In this document: in pieces, positions 9,638 to 22,000 of the stretch | Numbering within the stretch: the first letter of the stretch is position 1 | Layout: each line of letters opens with the position of its first letter | Source: Diplonema japonicum | Lineage: Eukaryota; Protista; Euglenozoa: Diplonemea | NCBI GenBank assembly: GCA_964019335.1 | Contig: OZ025685.1 | Span: 1 to 64,000, forward strand | DNA length: 64,000 nt | Reading direction: 5' to 3' | The notes under the pieces: generated by a model | What the model was told of the DNA's origin: nothing | The model's database searches: none | What the model saw: only the letters and a program-made list of their open reading frames with translations | Translations under genes and position numbers: made by a program

Positions 9638-11646
9638 TCATTTACTGTAGTCTCGAAGCTGTGTGTTTGACATAACTGGTGCACTGCCATCCATACCTTC
9701 AACCGCACGCTGGCGGAGCTAACCCCCTCCGACAGCTCGTCTGTTGTGTATCGCACAACGTACGTGTCCTCAGCAGCGTTGTAGGACACGACAGCAGCGT
9801 CGAACCACCCGTGGAAGCCATCCTGGTCCTGGTCGTACCACACCACCACCTCGGAGCCAGGTGCGTACCCTGAGATGGGTTCTTCGCTGCCCGGTGCTGC
9901 ATTGGCAGGTGTCTTTGGCTCGGGGGGGTAAAAGGCTGGCTGCTTCTCAGGTGAGTACGAAGTTGACAAGTACGGCGCATATGGCGGCAGCGGGTTGACT
10001 GTGTAAGGCACGGCCTCGGACGTACCTGACGACATGCTCGAGGCCGAGGGTACCCTCCTTGTCTTCTCCTTCGCCTCCCGACTGCTGTACAAATGTTCCT
10101 TTATTACAATGAACCAGCATATAGCACAGAAACACGCCCCCATCACACACAGCAGTATAATGACCCATATCGGCAGCTCGTCTGTCTCGCACACGTTCCC
10201 GTTGTCCCCGTACAGGTGCACCCATGCATCGCTGTTCATGAAAGCTGGCATGTTCGTCGCGCCCAGTGCCGTGGCTAGTATTTTGTTTCCCTGTGCAGTG
10301 CAGCCCTTAGTCTCATCTGCGATGCAGCATGCGAGTTTCTTCAGAATCTGCTTGCTCCCCTTCACCATGCTACGAGAGCTGAGGGAGTACTTGTACTGCT
10401 CAGAATGCCACAACCTCCAAATCTGGTACTGATCTAAACACGGGATTGGAATCACGGGTTTACACGTTCCCACATCAGCACTGTTGGCGTAGTCCCTGTC
10501 GCAATACACGGGAACAGCGGGTACCCCTTCGGGGGGCTGGCATTCGGTGTCATTCGTGCAAGTCTGGATGTAAGGTGTTGACTTGCAAGTGCCTACATTC
10601 TCGTTGATCGCCCTGGGTGCGAAGTACACCATCCTGTCACCCCTGTCGATCTTGCACAAGTCGATGTTGACGGAGTCCTCTTCGTCCTCAAGCGTGAACA
10701 TCTCGACGCACTTCCCCCGCTGCAGTGGGCCTGCGCTCGTCGTTTCTAGTAGGTTGCACCTTGTGTTGGCCTCGCATCCGCCGCTTGCTTCGTCGAACGT
10801 GTCGCACGCATCGCCTTCTTCGATGAGCTCATGACAGACGGCGTCCGTGGCGCTCCGCACTTTGCAATAGCTACCCCACCCACAGGCAGGCCTCTCTAAC
10901 GATGGCGAGTAGGATCTGCACATCCCGCCACCGTCAGGTCTTGCAACCTCCATACACACGCCACTAGAAATCCTGTCGTACAAGTACTCCTGCGTCGACG
11001 GGCGCCACGTGGAGTTCGATGGCTTGCAGTAGACAAGGTTGGTGGCATAACGCGGGTCGTCGGTTGCGTCTTGGTTGCAAGTGTGTGTGACAATGACTGC
11101 ACTGATCTCCGAACCTGTCCATAGGTTGTCGCATGTCTCGCCCAGATCTTCCATTTTCCGACAAGTGAAGATCTTATTGACCCCCGCCACTGGGTTGGAC
11201 TTCTCAGGCCAACAACGCGAGCCGCTCATGCATGTTCTGTCTGCCTCAATGGGTGCCGTGTCGGTGCTCCCGATGTGGCATGTAGCGAAGTCCTGCAGCG
11301 TGTGCACGCCAATACATCGGGTAAATGTTTGTTGTTCATCAAGTTTTGTGCACCTTCTCGACTGGCAATCGCCATTTTCCGAGCAGGGTTCACCAGCGGG
11401 TAACTTTTCAGTGCACACGCCGCTTAGCTTTGTGGTCGCGTCAGCCCACCTGCAGTACAGGCCCTGGTCAACACCCTGCCTGTGGCCAAACTCTGGCCTC
11501 ACATCGTCATCCAGCCTTATGTCCTTGTTGACGCACGGTGTGGTCAGGTAGCAGGTTTCACCTAGTGAGGCAGAGCTCTTCACAGTGATTGAATTGCTAC
11601 ACACATCGGATACCACTGCTGTCGTCAGCAGGTACAAGAGACCCAT
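9638..11646 (-). CDS. Cys-rich type I membrane protein with a cytosolic Tudor/Agenet-like domain
   Basis: Signal-peptide-like start, Cys-rich ectodomain, TM helix IWVIILLCVMGACFCAICWFIVI, then PGSEVVVWY...GWFDAAVVSY...YVVRY. Likely 38-nt intron 9659-9696 gives a C-terminus LRDYSK*. Confidence 0.75.
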
Positions 11647-12028
11647 AAAGGCAGCGTCCTACAAGTATGTTGGTTGAAGCAGCACTGGGAAGAAATGCTA
11701 TATTTTTATAAGAGATAAACGCGAAAAAGAGGTGTGGAGAAAGGGGGGGAGGGAGAAGAATAATAACAAAAATGTGGTCAAGTAATTGCTCTATTTGGTT
11801 TGGTTGCCCTTTTTTTTTTTCCTTTTTTTTTTTCTTCTCACCCCCTTAATCTTTTTTTCTTCTCCTAGTTCGTTCTTTTTTTCTCCTCATTCTATTTATT
11901 CGATACTTGCCATATATATATGAGCTCGTCTAGATTAAAATGCCAACACTTTTTTTTAGCAGTTAGTAAATTTTCGTTTTGATTATTTGAGCAAAAAAAA
12001 AAAAATAAAAAAAAAAATAAATAAAAAA

Positions 12029-13514
12029 GAGACATTTAAGGGTACCTGCGGTATGTGGCAGGACGCCTGAAGAGTCTCAATCTATCTCTTGATCGAACCT
12101 TTCTGCTGTGGTGTGCCTCGTTCACCCTCCTCGGTACCTTAGGTATAAAACCCTCAACCGAGTTGGTAAGGACACAATAGTTGTACAGTTGTCTCTCAAG
12201 GATGTGGCGGGTCGCCGGGGAGGCGAATACCGGTCTAGAGGAGTAGCCCCTTACGGAGCTGCTGTAACCCAACGTGCGGGGTGGACAGAGTCTACCGAAG
12301 CAGCTGGAATGAGGGGCGCTATGCGCTTATTGGTGTGGATGCGTTCTAGTGCCGCTATCACCCGGCCTATGACACAAAAAAGGGCAGCATGCAACCATAG
12401 GAAGATGACATATGTGGCGTACCTCTTGTCGTTCTTTCAATTGCGATGCTTGTTTTGCCATGAGGGTGGCAGGCTTTGCAACCGGCTTTCCCCGGGAAGC
12501 GAAAAACAGAGGTCAGAAAAACGGCGGGAAATGTTTAAAATGCAATTTTATTGCTTAAAATGCAGCATCTAGGGTGCATAAAATTGGTGTTCAAGCGCAC
12601 TTGTGACCCCTGGGTACAACCCAGGGTCGGGTTACTGTTAAAAGTACTTAGCGAATAATATATGGCGCCGCATAGCCCCCGAAAATCCGGTTTTTTACAC
12701 CCTATTTTTTGCTTTTTCAAACAAAAAAATAACTCATAGTAAAAGACAATCCCACTCGAGGACAGCCTCTTGTGGTGTGAGTTCCTATCTATTAATGCTC
12801 CCCTTCTGGAGCATAGCCTTCGTTCCTATTGTCGCCTTTAAAGCTTTTCGTAGTCTCGACACGCGTTCTTTCTTGTATGTCCCTTTCAACTCCTGTAGCT
12901 TTTGCGCTGTCTGTCTTGATGCGAAGATCGGTCTCCTGTTAAAGCCTATTGCAGCCTTGCCTCCGATCGCTGTGAGCGACTTGACCCTCTTTGCCCCGTC
13001 CGCAGGGAAGGGGCGTCTTATCCGTCTCGTTCTGCACACTGCGTTGGCTCTCTCCACCAACAGCTTGATTCTGCGTGCCTTCCTCTGCATGTTGTAGACT
13101 CCCAGTGACTTTCCGGTTGTCTCCTCAAAGTCGAGTGCAAGTTCAGCTGCCGAAACCTCCGAGTCGGTGTCGCCCTCCACCCATCGCAGCTTTCCCATCC
13201 ATTCCAGTAGTGGTTCCCCGAATTGCTCCAGCAGTCCCACCACTGTCCCCAGCTGTGCTGTCGTCGGTACCGGGGTCACTTTGCCTGTCACTTCCCGCTC
13301 CCATGGTAGCTTCTTGTTGCCGCCTTCTGCCTGCATCAGCCCTTCGTCCCGCTTTTCCACCACCATTGCCAGGTATCGCTGCAGCTTCTCCAGGTGTTCG
13401 AACCCGTTCCCCCTTGGTAGGATGGCATGCAGCTCGAGGCAGAGCGGCCATCCCGTCCTGTCGCGCAGTGGTTCCATCTCCTCCCGTATCAGCTCCTCTC
13501 GTGCTGGCGGGCAC
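12029..13514 (-). mobile_element. 5'-truncated non-LTR retrotransposon fragment (ORF C-terminus plus ~750-nt 3'UTR) in a T-tract
   Basis: ORF 12785-13514 carries WPLCL..HAILP, LLEWMGKLRW and VSAAELALDFEETTG, a motif I recall from protist LINE C-termini. Abrupt 5' edge, T-rich flanks on the sense strand, and a second copy of the 3' end at 288-315. Confidence 0.65.
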
Positions 13515-13645
13515 AAAAAATAAAAATAAAACAAAGCGGCGACTACTTTTCTACTTAGAAATTTAACAGGGTTTTTTTGCTTCCTAGGAGGGTCACTTGT
13601 TGACATTTTTTTCTAGACGAGCTCATATATATTTTCTTTTGTTTC

Positions 13646-13679
<34 letters not shown>

Positions 13680-13863
13680 CTCCTTCCAAAAGTCTTCTTC
13701 GTTTTCTTTTACTGTTCTCCTTGGCCGTACGCTGCAGCCAACCAAAACTCTCGAAAAGAGAGTCGAAAGGCCACCAGCTCAGCCTTCGAGGATAGAACTA
13801 ACAACTGAACTAAACGGATTTTATGACGTTCATCTACAAGACGCCACTTCTATTATGCCGGCA

Positions 13864-15921
13864 CTAACGTAGGGAGGAGGGATATAGATAAGTTTGCTGA
13901 GTGGCTCTAGGGGTCAAAACAGAGCGTGGAGCTGTATATGAGGGCACGGTATGGGCAATCCTGTTGAAAGTTTGCGAATATCCCGGAGCCCCCGTGAGCC
14001 CCGACCTTGGTGTCGAGGCCCCTGTCCGGCGCTCGGTTTGTGTATGAAAGGGTGAGCTCCCCCTGGGTGTTGCCTTCCCGTAATCCATTGACGTGGTATA
14101 GGGCAGTCTGGTGTGCATGTCTGACACAGTTGCCTTCCCGTAATCCATTGATGTGGTATGATAGGGCAGTCTGGTGTGCATGTCTGACACATGCGGGCCC
14201 CTACTGGGCACCGTGTGGCGGCGGTAACCTTCTGGAGAAGCGCAGCGGTTTGAGTACGTGGTGGGGTTGTATGTGGATGCAGTTGTCGGTTGTAGCTGTT
14301 TCCCATAGTCGCCACTTCGTGGCATTCCTCCATACCGCTCCTCTGCTGTCACCGGACGTTCGTGGGTGACCCTTGTCAGCTCGCTTCTTCTCGGATCCCA
14401 CGGCTGTCTTTCCTCCTCTCCTTTGTACTTCCCCAATTCTGGCTTATGTCTGTCACCCACGCGATTTGTATCTCTCATGTCTCTACCCATATCTCTTCCA
14501 ATATCTCTACCCATATCTCTTGCATAATCTCTTCCCATGTCTCTTCCAGTATCGCGCCTCTCTGTGTCTCTTTCTATGTCTCTTACAGTATCTCGCCCTA
14601 TGTCTCTTACTGTATCTCGAGTGTCTCTTATGTCTCTTCCCGTGTCTCTCACATTCCTCACCGTGTCTCTTTTTGGATCTCTTTCTGTCTCCCTAGCTGA
14701 GTACTTTGCCCTCCCATCAAACCCATTAGGCCGCTCTTGGTAGCTAGCGGCATCGTGTTTCGTGTGAACAGGCTGCGGGTGTCTTGTCAGGGGCCTCGGT
14801 GACGTGCTGCGGATCACTCGCTGGAGGATCTCCTCCTCCAACCGTCGGTCTTCATTGTGAGTCGACGCGACAAAATCCTTCACAACAACAGGTTTGTAGA
14901 ACAGCAGGCAGGGCTGTGCCATCGACGATGTGATGTGGTTCACGACCTCATTCCACGACCCGCCCAGCACACGTACCCGTGCGTCGTCGAAGTATATCCA
15001 CAAGTCCTGCTCTTCATTTTTGAAGTAACCCACATAGTGAGAGCCTTTGTAGTAGCAAATGAGACCTAACAGAGTGGCAAGCGCAGGTTTTGTGTTTTTG
15101 AATATGTCCAAATCGGTGAGCTGCACCCGTTCACCCAGCTGCTTACACACACCAGAGATGTGCTCTGCAGGTGCGGAGTGCGTGTTCCACACGAAGTTGA
15201 TAGTCACAACTGCAGGCAATTTGGTGCATCTTTCGGAGATTTCACACGAACCTTTGCAAGGAGGCTCACAGGATACCCTGTCAGGGGGCAGAGCACCGAA
15301 GAGTTTGAACATCCTAAAGGGGTTGACGTCGCCGGGTGCCGCTCGGTAGAGAACTGACGCAGGCAAGGAGTGCATCAGTTTCTCATAAGGGTCGCCCATC
15401 CTGCTCTTACTAAGACATGCTGTGCACACTTTCTCAGTGACAACAGTCATGCTGAAAATGTCGTGGATCCAGTTGCGTTCGCCGGTGACGCAGTCGGCCA
15501 GACGCCTGACCATCTCCTCGAACACCTCTGCAGCGTCGTTCATCTCGTTTAGCCGGAAGGACTGCACACCGTTAGCCAACGTCTTCCTCAGAACACGCGC
15601 GTTGATTGAGTCATTTTCGCTGTGAACGCTCTTGATTAGATCATACACGTTGCAGTACACGCACGTTTGTGTTGAGCACTTGTGCCCGTGGGCCTTCTTC
15701 CCTGTCTCGATGAACTTATCACACAAGACCTTAATGTGCAACAGTGCTTGGATCACAACGTTCAAAAAACAATTGTTCTCCCCAGGATCATTCTCCATCC
15801 CCTTCGCCGTCTTAGGCCTCGGCGACGCCACGTCGTTAATCGTCACCGCTCCCGTAATGTCTTCCTGTGTATCGCGCCCATCTTGCCGCACCGTGCCTAG
15901 ATTAAGCGACGGTACTGACAT
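13864..15921 (-). CDS. Ubiquitin-specific protease (peptidase C19, USP53/54-like) with an RD-repeat tail
   Basis: Cys box GMENDPGENNCFLNVVIQAL; His box ICYYKGSHYVGYF...WIYFDDARV. Confidence 0.88.
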   Translation of the reverse strand: MSVPSLNLGTVRQDGRDTQEDITGAVTINDVASPRPKTAKGMENDPGENNCFLNVVIQALLHIKVLCDKFIETGKKAHGHKCSTQTCVYCNVYDLIKSVHSENDSINARVLRKTLANGVQSFRLNEMNDAAEVFEEMVRRLADCVTGERNWIHDIFSMTVVTEKVCTACLSKSRMGDPYEKLMHSLPASVLYRAAPGDVNPFRMFKLFGALPPDRVSCEPPCKGSCEISERCTKLPAVVTINFVWNTHSAPAEHISGVCKQLGERVQLTDLDIFKNTKPALATLLGLICYYKGSHYVGYFKNEEQDLWIYFDDARVRVLGGSWNEVVNHITSSMAQPCLLFYKPVVVKDFVASTHNEDRRLEEEILQRVIRSTSPRPLTRHPQPVHTKHDAASYQERPNGFDGRAKYSARETERDPKRDTVRNVRDTGRDIRDTRDTVRDIGRDTVRDIERDTERRDTGRDMGRDYARDMGRDIGRDMGRDMRDTNRVGDRHKPELGKYKGEEERQPWDPRRSELTRVTHERPVTAEERYGGMPRSGDYGKQLQPTTASTYNPTTYSNRCASPEGYRRHTVPSRGPHVSDMHTRLPYHTTSMDYGKATVSDMHTRLPYTTSMDYGKATPRGSSPFHTQTERRTGASTPRSGLTGAPGYSQTFNRIAHTVPSYTAPRSVLTPRATQQTYLYPSSLR

Positions 15922-16247
15922 CTACCTGTAGTGTGATGAAGGCAAATGGAAGGTTTTAATACTCACAACACGAAGCTGGGTGGGTAAAAATAAAAAAGAG
16001 CGGACCTTTTTAAAAGAAACATGACATTACAATCATCACCGACTCAAGCAAGTCAAGGGCAAAAGGGAAAAGAACACAAAAGAATTGGGGACAAGATGGG
16101 GAGGGGGTGGGGGATGTGTTTATTTTATCAACTCACAAGGAGAAAAATGCATCAAATGAAGTCGTGAGGTGTCGTCCTTGGTGGTTGTTGGGCAAGAAAA
16201 CAAAAATAAATTTATAAAGTGTTTGTGAGTACCCTGGTAGGGTGGGT

Positions 16248-16562
16248 TTAACGGGTGAGCTTGATGTCGCAGATCTTCCCGGCGTCGGTGAAGGTGATCA
16301 CGCTGTGGACTGTCCAGTTCATCATGAACTTCTTCACTGAACCGGTGATCTTCACCACGTTGCCATTGACCGTAGGCTCCTCCCAGGTGCCTGCAGGGGG
16401 CTCATTGGCATCGAGATACTTCCTGTAAGCATCCTTCCCGTTGATCTTCCCATCCTTGAAGTGGTCGAGAGCGAAGCTGTCGTCGATAAGCTCCATCAGC
16501 TCGTCGTAGCTCTTCTTAATCCTGAGGTCAAGGAATTTGAGCGCGAGGGCCTTGAAGTCCAT
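16248..16562 (-). CDS. Small NTF2/SnoaL-like protein (104 aa)
   Basis: Strong GC3 codon bias from ATG 16562; pattern DELMELIDDSF...INGKDAYRKY...ITFTDAGKICDI. Confidence 0.7.
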   Translation of the reverse strand: MDFKALALKFLDLRIKKSYDELMELIDDSFALDHFKDGKINGKDAYRKYLDANEPPAGTWEEPTVNGNVVKITGSVKKFMMNWTVHSVITFTDAGKICDIKLTR

Positions 16563-16662
16563 TTTCTTTTTTATAAAGTTGAGAGTTGGGAAGCCTTCTG
16601 CATGGATTGTAGTTAAATGGAGGCGCAAAATTTAAAATAAACTTAACTGTGTAAATACAGAC

Positions 16663-18807
16663 TCAAGGACGCCTTCGCAACATCTCAGCGCCCTCTAGCA
16701 ATGCTTCTCGCATGCGATCTATCAAAGCGGTGGAATGATCAGCATTCTGCTCATCGCTCGCCTGGGCTTCTTCTGCCGCAAGAACTTTTAAAATGTGTTC
16801 AACTACCACTGGTAGTTTGTGCTCCAGGTAATAGTCCATCTCTGTTGCTGGTGTGGCGACTTCACTGGTCTCGATCATCGAGGTGACCAACGTCTCGCAC
16901 AACAACGACGGGATACGTGACGAGGCATGCGTGAAGACCTGCGAGTCGGTGATGGACAGGGTTGATTGTGTCACTGCAACAGGCCCGTAGACAAACAACC
17001 CTGGGGCCATATTCCCGTTGACGGCAACCTGCTGCTTGGGCGCCTCCAATGGGTACTGAGGGTCCGTGACAGTCCCGTTGTACATGACTCGAACGCTCTT
17101 GCACCAAGCGTTGCAAGTCAGAGAAATATCAGGTCTGGCAGGCAGATCCTCAGGTCTGGTGACAGCAATATCCAACCCCTCCAACGCCCACTGCGCGCAT
17201 CGTACATCTTCTGTAACTACAGTCAGCTTCACACCAGGTAGTTGGTCGTCAAGGTCGCGATGCAGCTTTTTGATGTAGTCGAAAGGAGTCGCAAGCTCGG
17301 ATGGCGGTACATAAGAGGGTGGTGTGGGTGGCGTCACCAGTAGTCGTTTGGTAGTAGGGAGAGGTGCCAGATTCTTCGAATACAACAGCGTGCTGCACAC
17401 ATTCACCGGGGCTTCCAACAGACCCTGCTCAAGCAGGTTGCTGTAATTTAATACCGATTCCGTGATGGGGAGCACAATGGTGGTGGCTGTTTTGTTGTAC
17501 TTCAAGTACTGTGCCATGTGCAGGCACTCAACGGGGCCCACATTCAGCACGAAGTCGATGTTCAAGCTCTTCAACGCAGGCAGCTGAAGACAGCTCTCTG
17601 TAACTAGACCGAACCAATCGGCAGGTAGCGTGCAGCCTTCAAAGGAAATGAACGACAGACATGAAGTGTGCCCCTCAGCCCTCCACTTGTAGAACATATC
17701 AGGTGTCGCTATCACCGCAGCTCCGACGTCCAAGTGTTCTAGTTGCAAAAAGCTCTCAGTGCCTTCGATAACTAACCCTGTCTGTGATAAGGTAAGCTTG
17801 TTCACATTGTTTTGGGACAAGCTCCTTACAACTTGGGCTGTACCCTGGCGGCCAATGTTGTTGCAAGACAGATCTAGCTCCGTCAGGTGTGGGAACGTCG
17901 ACCACGTGCTGTTGGAACTTGCGTCCCACGTTTCAAGGGAGCATGACTTGGCCACCAAACACCTCAGTAAAGGAAGTTCTGACAGTCGCAACAGATCAGA
18001 ATAGTCAAGAGTGTTGAAAGACACGACCAAGGTGCTGATGTGTGAATCGTACGGGACCACCAGCTGGCCTGGCTTGATGCCGCAGTTTGCGAGCTTCACA
18101 GTGGTCAGCGCCGTGAGCTGCGATACACATTTCATTGCGCTTTGACAAGAAAGGATGGTGGGGAACACGGTGTCACTGATATCCAGGTCACATGTGTTCA
18201 AGTAAGTTGCTGCAGCTATAACTGCTGGCAGGCTGTGCTCCTGTGCCGTCGCGAGATACTGCTCCAGAGCAAACGTCACTTTCGTTGGGAGGTGCACGGC
18301 AACGATCAGCTCTTTGTGGACAGAGGGTCTCTCAGGTGCTGTAGACACCGAAGGTGTGGAGGCGTCGCTGCAGGCATCTGACTCCAAGATGCGATGGTTA
18401 AGCTCTTCTGCTATTATGGCATCCAGCCTCCGTTCGTCAGACGCTACCCTTCTAGGGAGCGATGCTCGCATCCTGCGTACAAGCACCTTTAGCTGCTGCA
18501 GCGCATTTGCAAGATCATAGATGACAAGGCTGAATATGCCCTCTCGCAGAATGCCTTTTTTGCTCCAAGCACCATCACCCACAAGCACTGCTTTACTATA
18601 CTTCACCTCACTACCCGAAGTGTGAACTATCTTCCGGTTTGCATCGATGAAATGCACATCTTCACCTACCACTCTTGCCACTCTCTTTAATATCGTTTTG
18701 TCATGCTTGCTGCTCTTGTCGATTAACACAATATGCTCTGCCACGCACTGCAGACCCTCCAACACCACATCCCGTGCCCACCCACTGCCTATTACGACTA
18801 TGTCCAT
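16663..18807 (-). CDS. Leucine-rich-repeat protein with a Rossmann-like N-terminus and an RIIa/Dpy-30-like C-terminal helix pair
   Basis: MDIVVIGSG start; LRRs (LTTVKLANC, LTELDLSCNNIG, LEHLDVG); YYLEHKLPVVVEHILKVL at the end. Confidence 0.7.
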   Translation of the reverse strand: MDIVVIGSGWARDVVLEGLQCVAEHIVLIDKSSKHDKTILKRVARVVGEDVHFIDANRKIVHTSGSEVKYSKAVLVGDGAWSKKGILREGIFSLVIYDLANALQQLKVLVRRMRASLPRRVASDERRLDAIIAEELNHRILESDACSDASTPSVSTAPERPSVHKELIVAVHLPTKVTFALEQYLATAQEHSLPAVIAAATYLNTCDLDISDTVFPTILSCQSAMKCVSQLTALTTVKLANCGIKPGQLVVPYDSHISTLVVSFNTLDYSDLLRLSELPLLRCLVAKSCSLETWDASSNSTWSTFPHLTELDLSCNNIGRQGTAQVVRSLSQNNVNKLTLSQTGLVIEGTESFLQLEHLDVGAAVIATPDMFYKWRAEGHTSCLSFISFEGCTLPADWFGLVTESCLQLPALKSLNIDFVLNVGPVECLHMAQYLKYNKTATTIVLPITESVLNYSNLLEQGLLEAPVNVCSTLLYSKNLAPLPTTKRLLVTPPTPPSYVPPSELATPFDYIKKLHRDLDDQLPGVKLTVVTEDVRCAQWALEGLDIAVTRPEDLPARPDISLTCNAWCKSVRVMYNGTVTDPQYPLEAPKQQVAVNGNMAPGLFVYGPVAVTQSTLSITDSQVFTHASSRIPSLLCETLVTSMIETSEVATPATEMDYYLEHKLPVVVEHILKVLAAEEAQASDEQNADHSTALIDRMREALLEGAEMLRRRP

Positions 18808-19071
18808 TCTGAGTGCTTGAGATGCTCAGGCAGGTGCTTGTGGGGGAATAACAACAAAGAACAGATGCCTAAAGCAAGGCAGTAAATCTATCTAGTAAGG
18901 CAAGGAATCTACGAGAGGTTTCTACACATCTAACTGAAAGAGAGATAAAAAAAAATATCATGAACATCAATCCTCTTCGTCAGAACACGGGGCCTTGAGC
19001 CACGATGCGATGCTTGCTCCGTCGTCGCTACCTTCCAACCAGCTCTGTGTGCAAGTATTTTACATTTATTT

Positions 19072-22000
19072 TCATACCGAACCACACGAACTCCTGCTAT
19101 TTTTGCCGCCTGTTGAAACGCGGCGTGCGGTGGAAGAACGCCTACCTTTCCCCACAGATTTTCTCTTCGGTTGCTTTGTCTGCGACTGTGACTGGGACTG
19201 CGTCAGATCTTGTGACTGCGACTGGGACTGCGATTGTGTCGCGTTGCCCTGTTGGTTCACGTCATGACTGAACCTCACAGATTTCCTGCTCTTCTTTGGA
19301 GGGCTTGCCTCGGTGCATGCTTCTGGTTCCGTTTTCCCCATTGACTTCCTTTTCCTACTGGGAACCACAGGCGGCCTCTTGCCCTTACCTGCCTTGACTG
19401 GGTCGGGCCCAAGCGCCTTGTTCACCTCACTGCATATGCTCACGCCAGCCGATGCCACACTTAGCGTGTCATCTTTTAACAACTCTTCTTGTTTGGCTTG
19501 TACTTCCTCCAACTCTTTCATGTCGTCCAGTTTTGCGACTTTCTTCTTACCTGCCTTTACCCTTTCCTTCTTCTTGGGTTTTGTAGGTTTCGGCCCTACC
19601 ACAGCAGTAACACCCGTCACAGCTGACTCAACGCTCTTTGCATCATCCTCTTCCATCGCATCTGCTTTCCTCTTTCCTGTCTTAGACTTCTTTTTCAGGG
19701 GCGTGCTGACTGTGCTCACACACGTGCTTGCCGTGTCATCATTCAGGCGGTCCACCTGCATTGCGGTCACCTCTAGCAGCTCCTTCGTTGGGATCATTGC
19801 CGACACAGCGGTCATCGCGTCGTCGTCGTCTATCTTCAGTGCCTTTTTACTCGCCTTCGTTTTCGGCTTCAGGTCGCGCTTCACAGGTGCAGGGCCGAGT
19901 GCTTTGCTAACACCGCACGTCATCGCTGTCGCGGTTGTGACACCACTCATCGTGTCGCTGAACAGCTCCGCCTGCGCAGCTTTTACTTCTTCCAGCTGCT
20001 TCGTAGGGATCTCGGTAGACACAACTGTCTGATCGTCTTCCACCACAGGCTTGGGTGTCTTTGCCTTCTTTGCTTTCTTAGGCCGCCTAACTGGTGATGG
20101 CTCCATGCCTTGCACTGCTGTGGTCAGTCCAGTTGCCTTGCTGACGGCGTCGTCGTCATCGGTGATATGCTGTGCCTGCTGGGCGGTCACGGCAGGGAGG
20201 CTTGCTGCGACCACGACACTGGAAGGGGCGCATGTAGTGGCGTCGTCATCGACAATTTTTGACTTTTTGCGTGTGGACTTCTTCTTCTGTGGAGTGCGCC
20301 TCTTTGGAGGGGAGGGCAGGCCTGTGACAACCGTCTCGGCGACAGTCATGTTCGACTTGTTCGAGCGCCTCCCGGACTTCCTCCCTTCGGACTTCCTTCC
20401 TTCGGACTTCCTCAGCGACTTCTTCGCAGACGCCAACAGGTCATCAATGGACCCCTCGCTCACTGGGTTGTTGGTAGAAGGAGTCCCAGGCATCTCGATA
20501 GCAGCCACCTTCCCAGCCTTGACCACAGCGAGGTTAGATGGCCGCCTCTTCGGAACGGCCTCGTCCTCCGATGACGAATCGGACTGCGTGAAAAACTGGC
20601 TAAACAGAGCTGAGGCTTTTTTAGTCGCGTCCTGGCTGTTTGTGTTCAACCTCTCCGCTGCGACAGCTTCTTCTATTTGCTTCTGCTTTTGTTTAAGGCT
20701 CGTCTCTTCTTCCTCCCAAAGCTTCTTGCTTGCTGCGATTTCACTGTGGATGCTGCGGCGCTTGGCTTCGCTTTCATGCTTAAAAGCATGCAGGCTTTCC
20801 TCTTCGGCAAGTTTCTGCTTCTCCAGCTCTGCTTCTTCTTCTTGCTCACGGTGTTGTGCTTGCTGCAGAGCCTTCTTTGCTGCACGAACTTTCTCCAATG
20901 CTTGCTGACGCTGCTCCTCAACTTTGCGCTCCTTAACTTGCAGCAATTCTTGTTGTTTTGCGACGGTCTGCATTTCGTGTTCCAGCTCGGAAAACTCAGC
21001 CTTCATCTGGTTCTGCTTCTCGGCCGCTGCCTCCCTCGCCTCGAGAATGCGGTCATCGAGCAGTATAGCCTGCGTTCGAAGTTCGGAGTGTGCTTTGTTG
21101 GAGTCGGACTTCCTGCCCCTTGACTTCCTTGCCATCATTGTCTCGTGTTGCTTTTGTGCATCTTCGATCGATTCCATCTGCTTCTCGTAATCTTCAGTCA
21201 GCACCTCAATCTCTGCCCTCTGCACTTCGATAGCATCTTCCAGTGCCTGCAACTTGGTCTCCCTCTCCACCAGCAATGACTCCTGCACTTTTTGTTCCTT
21301 TGCCATCTGCATTTTGAGTCCATCGATCTGCCGTTGGGCCTTCTCGGCAGCAAGTTCTTGTTCCTTTGTCCTCAACATCGCTTCTTTTCGCTTGATCCAA
21401 GCTGCAGCACGCTCCATCTCTTCCTCCACAGAAGCTTTCAGCTCTTCTAGAGGACACTCTTTGAGAGATTTGGTGCCCTGGACGTAAGCCGCGTGAACGC
21501 TCATTTGCGTGGTGAACAAGTCGTTCTTTTGGTTCTTCTTGTTTTCAGCCAACTGCTGGCCCCTCTTTTCCATGGCTTGCTCCCTCCTCGTGTTGGCCTT
21601 GATACGCGTGTTCAGTTCCGACTTCTTCCTCCTGGCTCTGGCCTTGACGTCGTTGGACTCGTCCTCAGAGGTCGACACGTCAGTCTCAAGGTCGGAGACA
21701 GCTTCACGCTTCTTTGCGAGAACAAGCTTTCGCTTCTCCAGCTCCCTCATCTTCATTTGGATCTCTTCATCTGACGTGTCCGACGACTCTGAATCGCTGC
21801 TGATCGAGCTCAGCTCCACGTCACGCAGGTCCTCAAGCTCTTGCTGCTTAGCTTCGATATCCTCACGCTTTGCGGCTAACGATTCCTCCAAGTCTTCGAC
21901 ACGTGCTTGCTGCTCTTCTATTCGCTTCTTCTCCGCTGCTTTCTTCTCATTGGCAATTCTCTCTTCTTCCACTTTTTGTTCGTCTAAGATTCTTTTTGCC

